64,000 nt of DNA from contig CM052828.1 of the NCBI GenBank assembly GCA_028534125.1, positions 39,804,001 through 39,868,000 on the forward strand. The letters run 5' to 3'. This document shows positions 49,900-63,457 of the stretch, piece by piece. The notes under the pieces were generated by a model. The model ran no database searches. It was not told the DNA's origin and was given only the letters and a program-made list of their open reading frames with translations. Source of the stretch: Lama glama. Lineage: Eukaryota. The translations under genes and the position numbers were made by a program. The stretch's first letter is position 1; every line of letters starts with the position of its first letter.

Positions 49900-50560
49900 T
49901 GATGGTTGGTTCTCTTAAAATTTTTAAGCTCTTATTTTTATTAAAATTGTGTATGCCCCTACTTTAAAGAGTCACCCAGGTTTACAAGTTTTGTTGACAA
50001 TCTGCTGTCATTAGCCTTTATCTCCTACCATTCCAACTTCCCCTTCTTCAGAGGCAACTACTTTTAACATTTGCAGCTGACTCTGTTAGTATTTACTTCC
50101 ATATTTCTAAATGACATATTTATGTTCTATTTCTTGACTTTTTCAGTTCCGAACATTATCTATTGACTTCCCACATGGAAGATAAGCACCAAACACTCTT
50201 TCCATCCTCGTCTCCATCATCCACAAACACCCACTTCTCACACCCTCTCCTCCCAATATAGTTATTTAAAATGCTTGATTAGATCAATGTTCAGCATGGA
50301 CATTATTTTGACTCCATGTACCATTCAAGGCTAAGTTGAGGGATAAACAGTGATTACCTTTCCTACCTTGCATATTTTTCATTATTTCTGGCCATTCAAA
50401 TGATCATAACTGTTTGTTTCCTTAGTTTTCTGTGTTCTTGTCATGGATTCATTGCAAACTTATCATGTCCATAATGAGAATTCTTGCCATTTCCCCCTCC
50501 CAATCTTATTCCTCTCCTAGTCTTCCTATCTGCAAATGGCCCTTCCCCCAACTGCTAACA
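49900..50560 (-). mobile_element. Ancient L1ME-like remnant
   Basis: ccttcttcagaggcaactacttttaaca...gtatttacttccatatttctaaa...ctattgacttcccacatggaagat; highly diverged. Confidence 0.4.
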
Positions 50561-51389
50561 TCACCCTTATTCCTCCCTTCTCTTCACCCACCACATTTAA
50601 CCCAGGAAGATAAATTAGATGAGAGAGCCAAAGCTCCTCCAGTATTTTGAAAGTGCTGTGTAACAACTGTGATGGTCCCCACCCGACTGTTCTGAGCACA
50701 GGGCTGGGTGCTTGGGTGGGAGCTGAGGGGAGGAGAGTCCGCCCCCAGGTGAGGTGTGCTCTAACAAAGATCTATCACTTCTCTATTGTCTTATAACAGG
50801 ACCAGCTGCCTGGCAAAGGAGTGACTTATAGTTACTAGGGTTTGCAAGCGTATCCAGCATGACCTTTTGAAGTACACAAAAAGGATGCATGTGCAATGGG
50901 AGAATGGTACTTTGTGACTCTAAACAGTGGGATACTAAGCCAGAGGAAAGCCCACAGAGGTCCAGCCAGGATAAGCCTGTATTTAAAGACAGTCAGGAAG
51001 AGCATACAAAAGTTAAGCCACTTTCCTGTTTGTACTAAGATTTACCTTTGTGCACTTACTCTCTGCGGAAACAGTGGAGTTGGCTCACACCACGTTCCTC
51101 ATAAAGATTTCCTATTATCATTGATCAGGCTACCTAGCTGGTGATCATAAATGAATAAACAGGTATAAATTTCCAAATAAGCAGACACTCAGTTCTGCTT
51201 TTATATATACTAAGTGCCATTTTTCTCTGCTCTATCCTGTGGTAGCAGAGGAGATTTTAGATGATTAAATAATCCAAACAGTTAAACTGGGAACCTGTTT
51301 CCTAATGGAAGAAAATTATGAATATGTGCTTTTCTGGCATCCTTTCATTTTTCTCACTACCAGCCTTCCCTTCCCTCCCCTCCACTCTA

Positions 51390-51417
<28 letters not shown>
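51390..51417. repeat. (CA)n microsatellite
   Basis: Direct inspection. Confidence 0.95.
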
Positions 51418-51420
<3 letters not shown>

Positions 51421-53304
51421 ATATGGCTTCTTTTGTTGAAATCAGTTGAATATGGCTCAAGTGTGTTAACTGAAATCTTCATCCCAGCATTCACACTAAA
51501 CTTGCCCTGGTAAAAATGTTTTTATTAATAACCTAAAAATTTAATGAGAGCCCTATCTTTAAAAAAAATATCCACTGCTCTTTTTACACTAAATTTATAA
51601 TGAGCCTTTGGGAAATTTCCGAAGTTCTTACACACGTATTAATTCCCATTAATTAACTTAAAGGCTAAAATGCAAATAAAAGTAGTTGCAGTCTTTAGCA
51701 AGGGCAGGGCTCGGAGTAGGAGAAGAATCCCTGACTCAGATGTTTTCCATGTTCAGCTGAGCTGCTGCCTTCTGGATTCCAGCTCCCTGCTAGGATTGCT
51801 ATTGAGTGACCCCAAGACTTGGTAAAAGTTTCCCAAGAATCTGGGGCTATCTTTCCATAGTAGAGTGTCAGGAATTGCATGCAGTGATAGAAAGATCACA
51901 CACAGGCTAAGTTCAAACCCCAGCTATATATTCAATGACCTTATACAAGTTTTAAAATTCCATGTGAAAGTGAAGAGGTATGTCACAAAGCAACATAAAT
52001 CAGCAGTTAATAGTGATCGCAAAAGCATTTGTCTGATTCTGTATCTTGCTAACGTTAGAAATATCTAAGGGATGCCCCCAGCTTTGTTTAGAAACTGGCA
52101 AAACTGACATTATCCTCATTTTTAATGGAAGAAAAATGCAGGAGAAACATCAAAGAGTTTCTCCCAAAACATAAAGTTCTGAGATGCATGGAAAATTATT
52201 TCTCGGTTGGGGGACAGCTATGATGTCCATAATACAAAGACAATATCAGTATTTCCCTGGGCCCTGGGGTCATTTGAAAGGTTGCTGCAGCAGTATTCCT
52301 GCTTAGCAATTCCCCGCCCAACACACAGCCACACCAGCATTACTCCAATGTTATGTGAAGACAAAAGGCCAAGTCAGAATTTGAACCTGACATTTGAAAG
52401 CTGATGCTTGGGCTGCTAAAGCCTTCCTCGAACATAATAGCCTCATAGAAGGAGGATGCTGGCAGGCATTCTCCTGTCAGCTGGCTTCTGAACACGGTTG
52501 CTCTCTGGTTGTCCTACAGGAAGCTCTGCCGCACGAGGGGAAGTAATTATGTGCCCAAGGAAGGCAGAGAATGTACTCGGTTTGCTTCCCACACGGGAAG
52601 GGATTACAAGGAAGAGCAGTGTGTTAGAACAAGTTTCTGGCGATCCACTCTGTCATGATGGGAGAGCCCCGACACAGCCCAGCAGGTTGCAGCCAAGAGG
52701 CAAAGAGTTTTCAAGGCTTCACTTTGGGGCCTGGAGAAAAAAAAAAAAAGACAGGCAGGGGAAAGCAGAAAGAGGAAGAAGAGGAACTGAAGATTGGTTT
52801 TTTTAAATGGAAAGTAGCTATGAGTTAAAAGATTGCTCCGGGAACACCAGGGAAAAGGGAAACATACACAAGCTTAATTAATAGCATTCAGATGAAAGAA
52901 GGGTGAAGCAATTAAATATTCATTATAGATCCCATAAAACTATGATGGAAAACAAACTCATTTGAAAGATTGCATTGCAGAAACAAAAACTTTAAAAATT
53001 AAGAATTTTGAGCAAACAAGAAAAAATAAGCAAATTGTTCAAATTGAGATGTTAGTATGTGTAGGCGACAAGCATTCCAGGGTGTTTCTATGTATGTGAA
53101 TGATTTGCAAAGTGGCAGAGCAGAAATTTGTGGACGTAGACAGTGTGGGTCACAGCAAATCTTGCAGCTAAAAACTGAACAAGAAAATATATCCATGATC
53201 AATTCAGTTCAATTTACTTCTTGATAATCTGAACACAGAAAATTCTAGAATAGAGAACAAAAATAAAACCCAGCTGGGGAACAGATATAATGATGACAAC
53301 AGTT

Positions 53305-53530
53305 ACAAGAATAGCTAATATTTTGTAAAAAAGTTCTCAGGTGCCTGACAGCACCCAGGCATTTTATTTTGTCATCTTATTTATCCCTCAAAACAACAGT
53401 AGGAAATAGGTTCCATTATCATCTCCTTTTACAGGCGAGGATAAGGATATTCAGAGAAATCAACTTGCTCAAAGTCACAAAATTATTAAGTGTAGAGACT
53501 ATATTTGAATCTTACAACTGATTTTAGTGT
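53305..53530 (-). mobile_element. MIR SINE
   Basis: caggtgcctgacagcacccaggcatttt...cattatcatctccttttacaggcgagga...aacttgctcaaagtcaca. Confidence 0.75.
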
Positions 53531-56500
53531 TTGAGTTAAAAAAAAAAAACCTATATAAAAATTTAAATAATCGTATACCCCATCCTAAGCTTCTCTTCAA
53601 GAGCTTTCTAGTACATGTATGTTTAAAATCACAGGGTTTCTTGCTGCTGTTCTTGTTCTTTGGAAAGCCATCCTCCTAACATAATAGATAAACTTAAAAC
53701 TGTAACTTACCATCACGCTCACAGGGGGAAGTGGGGGTGGGGACACCTAAAAGATGGGCCAGGAAACGGACTTAGGAATTTATATTTTAAAAGATTGAGA
53801 AAGTTTTTCTTTGATTTACATTTTCATCTGAGCTAATTGATGCTTTGGAAAACTCGGAGTATTTCAAAGAGCCAGCCTTTTTAAGTCCAGGCAAATCCTC
53901 TCGTGTCTCTCCCCAGATCGCTCAACCCCATCTCTCCAGCTCTCTCAAAACATTAATATGTAATCTCCACCGAGCAAAAGATCGGGTCATAGAGTGAGTC
54001 GCCGCACCTAGTAACACCAGTGCTTATTGGAGGAAAAAGATTGATTGCCCTCCTCCCACCTTCCCCAGAGCTGTACTCTGGGACTTGCGATTTCAACAAA
54101 TCAAAGCCAAGTATTTGTGAATCATGTGGTGTTCTTTGCGTGCATTCGATTCGGAGAAGAAACACTGTCTCCTCCCATGATAATCATCAATAACCCCAAA
54201 CCACAAAAGGCAGAATTCAGAGCAGATGGACACCCACAAGAAACAGAAGAATGCTCCAGCCCCAGAAGTCCAAGCCTTTCTGGCAAAGAGGCTTCGTGAG
54301 AAGCTAGACTTATCCCCCCAAGGGTGGCCCCAGATAGCCTCTCCCTCCTCTTCCCTTGGGGTGGGGGAGTGGAGGAGGCTGGCAGAGGGCAGAGTGACCC
54401 GGTCCTGTCCAGGACTACTGTCCTGAAGGTCTTAACATTGTCATTCAACCATAGGGAGCTCACGAGATTAAAAAAAAAAAAAAATGAAGCAGGAGTGTGA
54501 AGTCCAGTCTGTAGGTTAAAAAATTAGAACAGCATTTTAGTCGTCGAAAGTTATTACCTCTGTGCTAGCTTCCGCGTGTTTTACGCACAATTCCTCTCCC
54601 AGCCTCTCAAACAGAGGTCCTACACCAACATCAGCCCTTCATGCATCCAACACCTCCATCCCAATTGTGGTCACTTCTGCAAAGCATCCTACTTAGTAAG
54701 AAAAATTCTTCAAGTACCAGTATATTAACTACTCCCAGAATTAGTGCTGGGACTGAAAGAATTTAGTCTATTACCGGGTGATGACAGTGTGTTCATCGAC
54801 TTCAATGGACCAAGGAAATCAAGTCTTTGAATGCACTGAACGTGCATTTCTCAGGACTCCATTCCTTTCTGCTTTCCTCAGGAGCCCGGTCCACTGGAAA
54901 ACCACCTCCCCAACCCCTCCCAGACCTTAAGAAGAAGTTCTTTTCCATAAATACCCACAGAAAAAGGAAGTGTACAATTTAACCATCAGTTTGTTCCCCC
55001 AAAGATCCTAATTCTACCTCTATATACTTTCTCCAGGAGCCCAAAATTATAAGTACATGAACCTGGTTTATTAAATTAAGCAATGAAATACATTCAGCAC
55101 TTCTTCTTTCTAACACAGCCTATGTGTTTCCCTTTTATATCTGCTTATCATTACGTCAATGTCTTCAGAATCTCACATGAAGTAACAGCAAAAGTCTTAC
55201 AGAATGAAATAGCTATTACAGGGGAAATTTTTTTCCTGGAGATTTCAGAAATTCTAAGTTTAACCTCTTTGATGTTCCACCCACCATGTTAGATAGTTCA
55301 TCACAACCCCTTTTTTTCCTTATTATATATAGTTTTAATACCCTGAGAAATAAAAGTGCTGAACTCGATCTGATATTTTACTGAACTCCTGAACTATTCT
55401 GAGTTAAGTGTGACAGATGCCCTAATGCGTGAGCTGGGGAGCTTGTTCTGTTAGCTCAGGCATAGAACATTTCCATTAAAAACCAGAGACCTCAGTTCTA
55501 ATCTCGGCAATGCCTTCTCCCCATGATTAATTATTTTTATGTGCACTGTAGTCCATTAGGGAAGTGTCAGTGCCTTAGGACTCCGATGTCTTTACATGGA
55601 CTATTTTCCCCACTTCGTTCTCCCCTCTGTCTTCATCGAGCAAAATAAAGAACCACGTTTCCTGCACTTTTGTTTCAAATATTGTTTAGAGTTATGAATT
55701 TTACATTTTAAATTGTGATTCTCCTCTGTACTATTCTCCCGAAAGATTCTTTGTTAGTGTCATCGAACCTGCTTAAAAATAGAGATTTAAAATAGAATAA
55801 GGCAACCACTCAGAAATAATTTAGAAAGAAAATGTCACATACAGTCTTTTTGTCATTTGAGGATCACAATTACTTTTCTACTTATGTGGGTAGAATGGTC
55901 GGCTCCATGTATACCTATAGGTCACTAAACTACGTTCTATGAAACTTTTGCTTATTCTGTTCCAATGTTTTTATTGTCATTTCAGAAATATATTATTGAG
56001 TTGAATCCCAGGGAAGAGGACAATTGGTGATTTCTTTTTGTGAAATGATGTTCTATTCTTATGTGAATGTAAAATTACAATTGGTGATCTACAACTCTGT
56101 GAAAGTAAAATGTTTTCTGTGTGTTTGGTAGGGTATTTATAAACAGATGAGCATTCTAAGTAGGGTAATATTAATATGTAGGGTATTATTAATATTAATT
56201 ATGTTTTGTAATTGAGTTAATGAACAAAATCACTGCATCTTTAATGTAGTTCTCATTGTGAAAGGCAAAAACTGCATCTCCACCCAGCAGGCAAATATAC
56301 AAAAATATCTTCCCCTTTTTCGACTATTATTTTGCTCCTTGAAATTCCATTATGGTGGTGACCCTGGCTCAATAATTTGATTTTCCAGCCACAACTAGGA
56401 AGGTATAAAATCTACATACATTTGTACCATCCTCTCTTTATTTGCTCAATAGCTCTAATTTCTTTTAAAGATACTTAAAATGCTTGTTTTTTATTTTTAA

Positions 56501-56619
56501 TTGAAGCTTTTAAAGTTGTTAGATGAATTGTGGCTCCTGCTTGCTCATGCTTTGCCCTTGATGAAGAAAGAGGGAAAGGAGAAAGAAAGGAAAAAAGAGG
56601 AAGAGGAGCAGCAGACTAT

Positions 56620-56850
56620 TATTTTTTATTATTATTACTATTAAGAAGAGATGGTGCGTCAGGAGCTGTGCTAGGCTAGGCGTTTTGCACAAATTACTGC
56701 TACTGCTCCTGTCACCTCTGTCATTTGTCTCACTTTGCATTTAAGGAAATAGTGACTCCGGAAAAGTAACCCCCATGTCAGAAGCCACACGGCTGCACAG
56801 TGGCAGAGCTGAAATGATCTATCTCCACTTTCTGGTTCAAACCCACGGGC
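56620..56850 (-). mobile_element. MIR SINE (diverged)
   Basis: gtcaggagctgtgctagg...aagtaacccccatgtcagaagccacacggctgcacagtggcagagctgaaat. Confidence 0.6.
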
Positions 56851-57312
56851 CCCCCTGGAGGACACAGGGACTCTCATCAACCAGCTGTCAGCTGACCACT
56901 CAGGACCTCCCAGCAGCTCAGTCCCACACTCACAACAGGCATCAGCCATCCACCCTCTAAGACGTTAATATTACAGCTTAATTACTCTGACTTAAGGCTT
57001 TCTGATAAGGGTCAAATTTCAAATGTCCTTAGGTGAGAACGAAGTGGGGACTGACTGTCACTGAAGGCCGATTGCGTGCCAGCTGTAGGACATGTGTTCT
57101 TATTTAATCTCCCAACCCTCTGACCTGGTGCACTGGAGCCTCCCACCACCATCACGCTCTCATGGTAAGACTAAACATTCTGAGACCGCTGTTGGTAAAC
57201 GGGGAGTGGGCAAGAATAAGAATAACAAAAATTAATATTTACACAATTCTCGCTAATAATTTGCACGGATCATTCAGAGGAAAGACTACAACGTTTAAAA
57301 ATAAACTGCCAT

Positions 57313-57502
57313 GGTGGGAAGGGGATAGCTCAGTGGATAAGTGCATGCTTGGCGTGCACGAGGTCCTGGGTTCAATCCCCAGTACCTCCATTAAAATAAA
57401 TAAATAAATAAACCCAATTACTGCCCCCCTCTTAAAAAAAAGATAATTCTAATAAAAAAATTTTTAAGACATTGATAAAAGTTTTTAAATAAAATAAATT
57501 TA
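57313..57502 (+). mobile_element. Camelid SINE (Vic-1 type), long form, extended A-rich tail, TSD
   Basis: gatagctcagtgg...gaggtcctgggttcaatccccagtacctcc...(aaat)n aaacccaattactgccccc; aaaaataaactgccat (57297-57312) and aaaaataaactaccat (57503-57518). Confidence 0.9.
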
Positions 57503-58639
57503 AAAAATAAACTACCATAAGCCATGTGCTACCCAAGTTAATGAACCCTTTAAAGTCTTCATTTTCTGTATTTCCTCTCAAATTGTGCCCATGAACATGC
57601 ATATATAAACATATACTCATTGAATATGGAAAGAAATAAAACAAAAATGCAAATACCTTATCCTTAACCCAGCAATTAATAGTTATGGGAAAAGAAATGC
57701 AAGTATCTTATCTTTAACCCAGCAATTAATATTTTTGTAGTGTTTCCATCTGGTTCAGTTTCTGTATGTTCAACCAAGCTAAGCTCTACTTTGGTTTTAT
57801 AGAATATGCAAAAGACACGTAAGACACATTGGAAATGCAGTAAAGATGCAAGTAATACTCAGATTATCTTGACCAAAATGTGATAAAGAATTAATAAGAC
57901 AGTAAAACTCAGACCAAGATTAAAACACATCCAAAGGAAGGAAGCTCTCACTTTCAGTTGTTTGATGTGATGTTTATAAACTTCTTTCAATACAACTCAG
58001 AAAATCTCATGATCACATCCATTTGATTCATGCCACATCTATCAAAAACCAGACTGAACCTTCCTAAAAATAAGATGAATTATTGTCTGGAATTTAGAAC
58101 AGATGAGAAAAGTCAAAAGAGATACTTCAAACACCTAATACGATTGAATTCATTTATAAGGCACTTTATTCCTCAAAATTGACCCTCAAAACATACCCAC
58201 TTTAGTTACTGTTACCCAAATACACAAATGAGAAAACTTAGATTAAGAAAACATCAACCTGACCTGGGTCAAAAGCAAGAGACAGTGGGAGGAAGACTTC
58301 TAACATAGACTGTCTGACTCAAAGTCTCCTATACATAATGCCAAGTCTTCAAAGTGCTGCTTTGCTATTTTAAGGGCATCAAGGGTAAAGGACATTAATC
58401 TGGATAAGTATTTTGTATTTGAAATTGCTAACTAACCCTGTCACCTTATTATACTGCTTATGCCCTATCCTGGAATTATACTCAAGTTTAAGAGTTCAGA
58501 AACTATAAAGCAGTTTTATTTTGTATTTTAGCCCTTTATTTCAAAAGACCAAAAACCTAGACTGTTTCATCACTATTGAGTATAATCTTCACCAAAAAAA
58601 AAAAAAGTTTCTCTAGATCCATTTAATTCTGATAGCTTA

Positions 58640-59490
58640 GGGGTGTTAATGGAGGGTTTTAAGCAAGAATGTTTCCTGAGTCCTGAAAGTGAAAGATCGT
58701 GTCTTGTGAAAGACAAGAAGAAAAGTTCTAAATGACTGGGGTTCAGGGTGTGCATCCAGACAGATGATTGCTGAAGCTGGAAAGATAAGTCATGATGAGA
58801 TTGTGAAAAACCTTACTTGCAGTCCTAAAGAATACAAACTTTTCGCTGGAGGCCATAACTACCCATTTNNNNNNNNNNNNNNNNNNNNNNNNNNNNNNNN
58901 NNNNNNNNNNNNNNNNNNNNNNNNNNNNNNNNNNNNNNNNNNNNNNNNNNNNNNNNNNNNNNNNNNNNNNNNNNNNNNNNNNNNNNNNNNNNNNNNNNNN
59001 NNNNNNNNNNNNNNNNNNNNNNNNNNNNNNNNNNNNNNNNNNNNNNNNNNNNNNNNNNNNNNNNNNNNNNNNNNNNNNNNNNNNNNNNNNNNNNNNNNNN
59101 NNNNNNNNNGGCATGCTTAGGTTTTATTTTTGAAAGAAAAACTCTGATGATGGATTAATAGAAGATAAATTGGTAAGGACAGTCACTGTCAGCAGAGACC
59201 ACTTGAAAAGCTGAGGCAACAGCCTTTGCTAAAGGTGGTTGAAAAGTGGATCACTGATGGCAGGATAGAACGGAGGGAATGGTGCAGGGAGATGCTTAGG
59301 AGAACTTTTTTTAATAGATTGGAGTTGGGAGCTAAGGCAGGAGAAGGAGTAGAGATTAATTTGTGTATTACAAAGAGGAGAAGGGCCAGGTTTGAGAGGG
59401 AAGGCAATGAATTGGGGTTGCTTGCAGAATGTACACATGGACAGATGGGCGTCTAGGAGGCCACTGGAAGTAAGCATCTGGAGCTCAAAA
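58640..59490 (-). mobile_element. L2 fragments spanning a gap
   Basis: aatggagggttttaagcaag; gatgagattgtgaaaaacctt...ctaaagaatacaaactt; ggacagatgggcgtctaggaggccactggaagt...tggagctca. Confidence 0.6.
58869..59109. other. Assembly gap (241 N)
   Basis: N run. Confidence 1.
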
Positions 59491-60019
59491 CGAAAGCATG
59501 CTAATTAACTGGCCCAGAGCATCTTGCTCTGAAAAAAGTCCCAACTGTTCATAAGCCTTTGAAGAGGCAACCGATTCTTCCCCACTGTCAGCAGCCCTTG
59601 TTCACATCACATCTTCTTCTAAATAGTTTCTCACTCATATATGAGAGGATCTGATGTGATTATAACCTCTTCTCATTCATAAACACTATACTTAGCAGTA
59701 GCCTGAAGACTGTAAACATCTTGGTAACTTAAACACCCTGCCTATGAGAGGAATGACTTTATTTCCATACTTGATGTGTAAATACATTTATTTAATCATT
59801 TGGAAACCTTGTTTTACACGAAAAGGAAACAGTGCACCTATTTCAGGATTTCTAAGAGCCCAAACACAGATTTCAAGGTATTTATGCTAACTAGTAAAAA
59901 GAGGAAAGTAAATTAGGGTGTGTTTTGGTTCCACCTATAAAGAGTGCAGTTTTAAACGATAGGTCAAAAAAAAAAAAAGGCAAATAGGATACAGTTTTAG
60001 AGTATACATCCCCAGGTTC

Positions 60020-60500
60020 TAATGCACTTTCTGAGTGTTTATTATGCACCAGGTACCATGATAGGTGCTAGGAACATAATGGTAAGAATAAATAAATACA
60101 AATCCAGCTCAAATAACTTTCCAGTTAGTGGGAGATTCACTTATTCAAATAAGCACATAGATGTGGTCAGGTGCTCTAAGAAGAGAACCCAGTACACAGC
60201 TCTACAAGTATATAGAAGAAAAGTTGTCTTAGAGAAGGCTTTCCTAAGAAAGTGATAGCTGAGCCAAATTCTGGAGGATGAGTATGAGATGGTTGAAAAA
60301 GAGCATGGAACAAGGCCCTGTGGTGAGAGCAGACATGCATTTGAGGAGCTGAAATCAGGCCCGTGACTGTGCAAAGGAGGTGGGGGAGGGGACGCTGTGG
60401 GACAATGGGAAGCCACTGGGTCTTGAGCATTGAGATGACGTGATCCAATTTTCATTCCTGGGAAACCCATGTGGTCTACAATGTAGAGGACAGATTGGTT
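60020..60500 (-). mobile_element. L2 3' region
   Basis: ctgagtgtttattatgcaccaggtaccatgataggtgctagg...agaaggctttcctaagaaagtgatagctgagc...caatgggaagccactg. Confidence 0.7.
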
Positions 60501-60764
60501 CCCTTTTCGCCTGGGTTATAATGTTACCCGTGCTACTCCTTGCCCAAATTAATTTTCTCTTCCCTTCATGTTTAAAGAATGCTTATAACCTGGGGTGGGC
60601 CAAGCTAAGGCAGACTTGGAAATGAATGACTCTTACACGTTCATATAAGATGGTGGCTGCCCTCCCCCTGGTAGTGGGGACAGCTTTGTGAGAGTTGTTC
60701 AAGTGACAGTGATGGCAGGGTTCACCACTTACAAATCCACACCCACTGGAGAGTGTGCAGGGAG

Positions 60765-60990
60765 ACAAGGGAGGTCACCTGGGTTCGAGTTCTCCTGCTG
60801 CCACTTCCTAGCTACAAACCATGGGAAAGTGATTTTAAAGCTTCCCATTGCAGAGCCCTCATCTTTAGACTGAAGGCAGAACAACAGACAGACTCCCTTC
60901 TGCCTTCCAATTCTATTTCACAAATAATTGAAGGAAGGGTAATTCTTAAGTCAAACTGTGGTTTGACAGAGAAAAATACGTTGATATGAT
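60765..60990 (+). mobile_element. MIR SINE
   Basis: cctgggttcgagttctcctgctgccacttcctagctacaaaccatgggaaagtga. Confidence 0.6.
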
Positions 60991-61346
60991 GAAATGCACA
61001 TGTTTGGATCCTGCATTAAAGCATGTGAATATATTCTCTAAAATTTAATCCGTTTGTCCCCCCTCCACAATTTGTTTTTTAGATCTATCTTTAAAACTGC
61101 ACTCTTAATATGTGGAACTAAAACATACCCATATTTATTTCCTCTCCTTACAAGCTAGCATAAATACATGGGCTCTTAAAAATCCTGAAATAGGTGCACT
61201 GTTTCCTCTCCCTGTAAACCAAGGTTTGCAAATGATTAACAGAAAAAACTGTTGCTACATTTTTTTCTTCACAATCTCAAATCCATAAGGAATATGTAGA
61301 TAATTTAAGCCTCATTGCATTAAATTGTAGAATACGCCATAAAATA

Positions 61347-61750
61347 NNNNNNNNNNNNNNNNNNNNNNNNNNNNNNNNNNNNNNNNNNNNNNNNNNNNNN
61401 NNNNNNNNNNNNNNNNNNNNNNNNNNNNNNNNNNNNNNNNNNNNNNNNNNNNNNNNNNNNNNNNNNNNNNNNNNNNNNNNNNNNNNNNNNNNNNNNNNNN
61501 NNNNNNNNNNNNNNNNNNNNNNNNNNNNNNNNNNNNNNNNNNNNNNNNNNNNNNNNNNNNNNNNNNNNNNNNNNNNNNNNNNNNNNNNNNNNNNNNNNNN
61601 NNNNNNNNNNNNNNNNNNNNNNNNNNNNNNNNNNNNNNNNNNNNNNNNNNNNNNNNNNNNNNNNNNNNNNNNNNNNNNNNNNNNNNNNNNNNNNNNNNNN
61701 NNNNNNNNNNNNNNNNNNNNNNNNNNNNNNNNNNNNNNNNNNNNNNNNNN
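61347..61750. other. Assembly gap (404 N)
   Basis: N run. Confidence 1.
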
Positions 61751-63333
61751 TGAATGCTTAGCATCGGTAAAAGAGTTCTGTGAATCTAGCACAGAATATT
61801 AAAGCCAGGAGCATTGAAAGTCTATGAGGTGGTCCTTGCAATTGTCCAGTGCCCTTTAATCAGAGGATAAAGGCTAGTCAGAGATGAGGCAGAGTTGTCT
61901 AAAACATTTGGGGAAAGTCATTGAAAAATCATACTCTTTATTTAAAAAATTTTAAATATTATCTGGAACACAAATCAAGTTCATTATAAATAATTATGCA
62001 AAGAATAGGCTCATGGTCAGAAAGGACATTGCCATCTCCTGGTTATCTATTTTGTAAAAACAGCAGAACCATTTTCAGCCATTTTGAAATTGTAAGGGAG
62101 AAAACTTTTATCTAAAATTTTCCTCCTCTCAACCTCTGGAAGTTTAGACTGAATAGTAATAAACTCCTGACACAGGAAAGCCAGTTCACATCATGTAAGG
62201 GGTTTGGGGACTCTTCAAAAGAGGCCTTTTCCCAATAAGCATGGGAAAAGATGCTCCACTTGATTTGCCACTGGGGAAATGCAAATTAAAACAACGAGAG
62301 GCCACTAAACACCTTTTAGGATGGCTAACATCCAAAAACCTGACAACACCAATTTCTGGCAAGGATACCAAGCTACGGGAGCTCTCATTCATTGTTGATG
62401 GGCATGCAAGATGGTCCAACCACTGTGGAAGAGAGTCTGCCAGTTTCTTACAAAGCTAAGCATAGTCTTAACATATGATCCAGCAATCACACTCCTAGGT
62501 ATTTACTGAGCTGATTTGAAAACTGATGCTTCCATAACAGCCTGCACACAAATGTTTATATTAGAGTTTTGTCATAATCATACAAAACTGGAAGCAACCA
62601 AGATGTCTTTCAATAGATGAGTAGGTACACAAATTGTGGTACATCCACACAACAGAATATATTCAGCAGTAGAGAATAATGATAATAACAAGCTATCTAA
62701 CCATATAAAGACATGGAAGAATGTTAAACCCATATTACAAAGTGAAGTAAGCAGTCTTTCAGGCCATATACTGTATGATTCTGATTTTATAACATGCTGT
62801 AAAAAGCAATACTGTAGAGATGGTAAAGAAATTAGGTTACCAAGGATTGGGGTGGGAGGTGTGAGGATTGAATTGATGAAACTATTCAGCTATTTGGATA
62901 GTGAAACTATTCTTCCTGTGTGGTAACAATGAATTCATGATACTATGCACTTGTCCAATCCCATAGAATGTTACAGCATTAAGAATAGACCTTACTGATA
63001 CAACTTTAAAACGATCATCCAAGAGGTTGGAAGGTGCCAGGATGAGATAGAAATGTGACAAAGGATCTAAGTATATTACCAGTATATTGAATAACTTCCA
63101 AGTGAATAGAGTCTGTAAGACTAAGTGAAAAAAAGACCCACTACATGTAAGCACTGTACTGTAGTTGATAAAGTTGTTTCCCACAAGGGTATAGGTTAAC
63201 AATTCTGGAACCACTAGGCATGTATACTGAAACTGAACAATTAGGTAAATTGTGACTAGTGAGAGCCAGATTCTCACTGTTGGAATGGAAAGTTACACAT
63301 AAGCAAGAAGAGGAGACTAGAATAATCCATGTG

Positions 63334-63457
63334 AGGGGGAAGGTGGATCTCAAGTGGTAGAGCACATGCTTAGCATTCACAAGGTCCTGGATTCAATCCC
63401 CAGTACCTCCTTTAAAAATAAATAAACCTAGTTACCTCCCCCCAACAAAATAAAAAA
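63334..63457 (+). mobile_element. Camelid SINE (Vic-1 type) nested in L1, perfect 16-bp TSD
   Basis: gtggtagagcacatgcttagcattcacaaggtcctggattcaatccccagtacctcc; tagaataatccatgtg at 63318-63333 and 63458-63473. Confidence 0.93.

Noticed and set aside
38445-61792. Long ORFs containing X runs
   Set aside because: Artefacts of translating through N gaps
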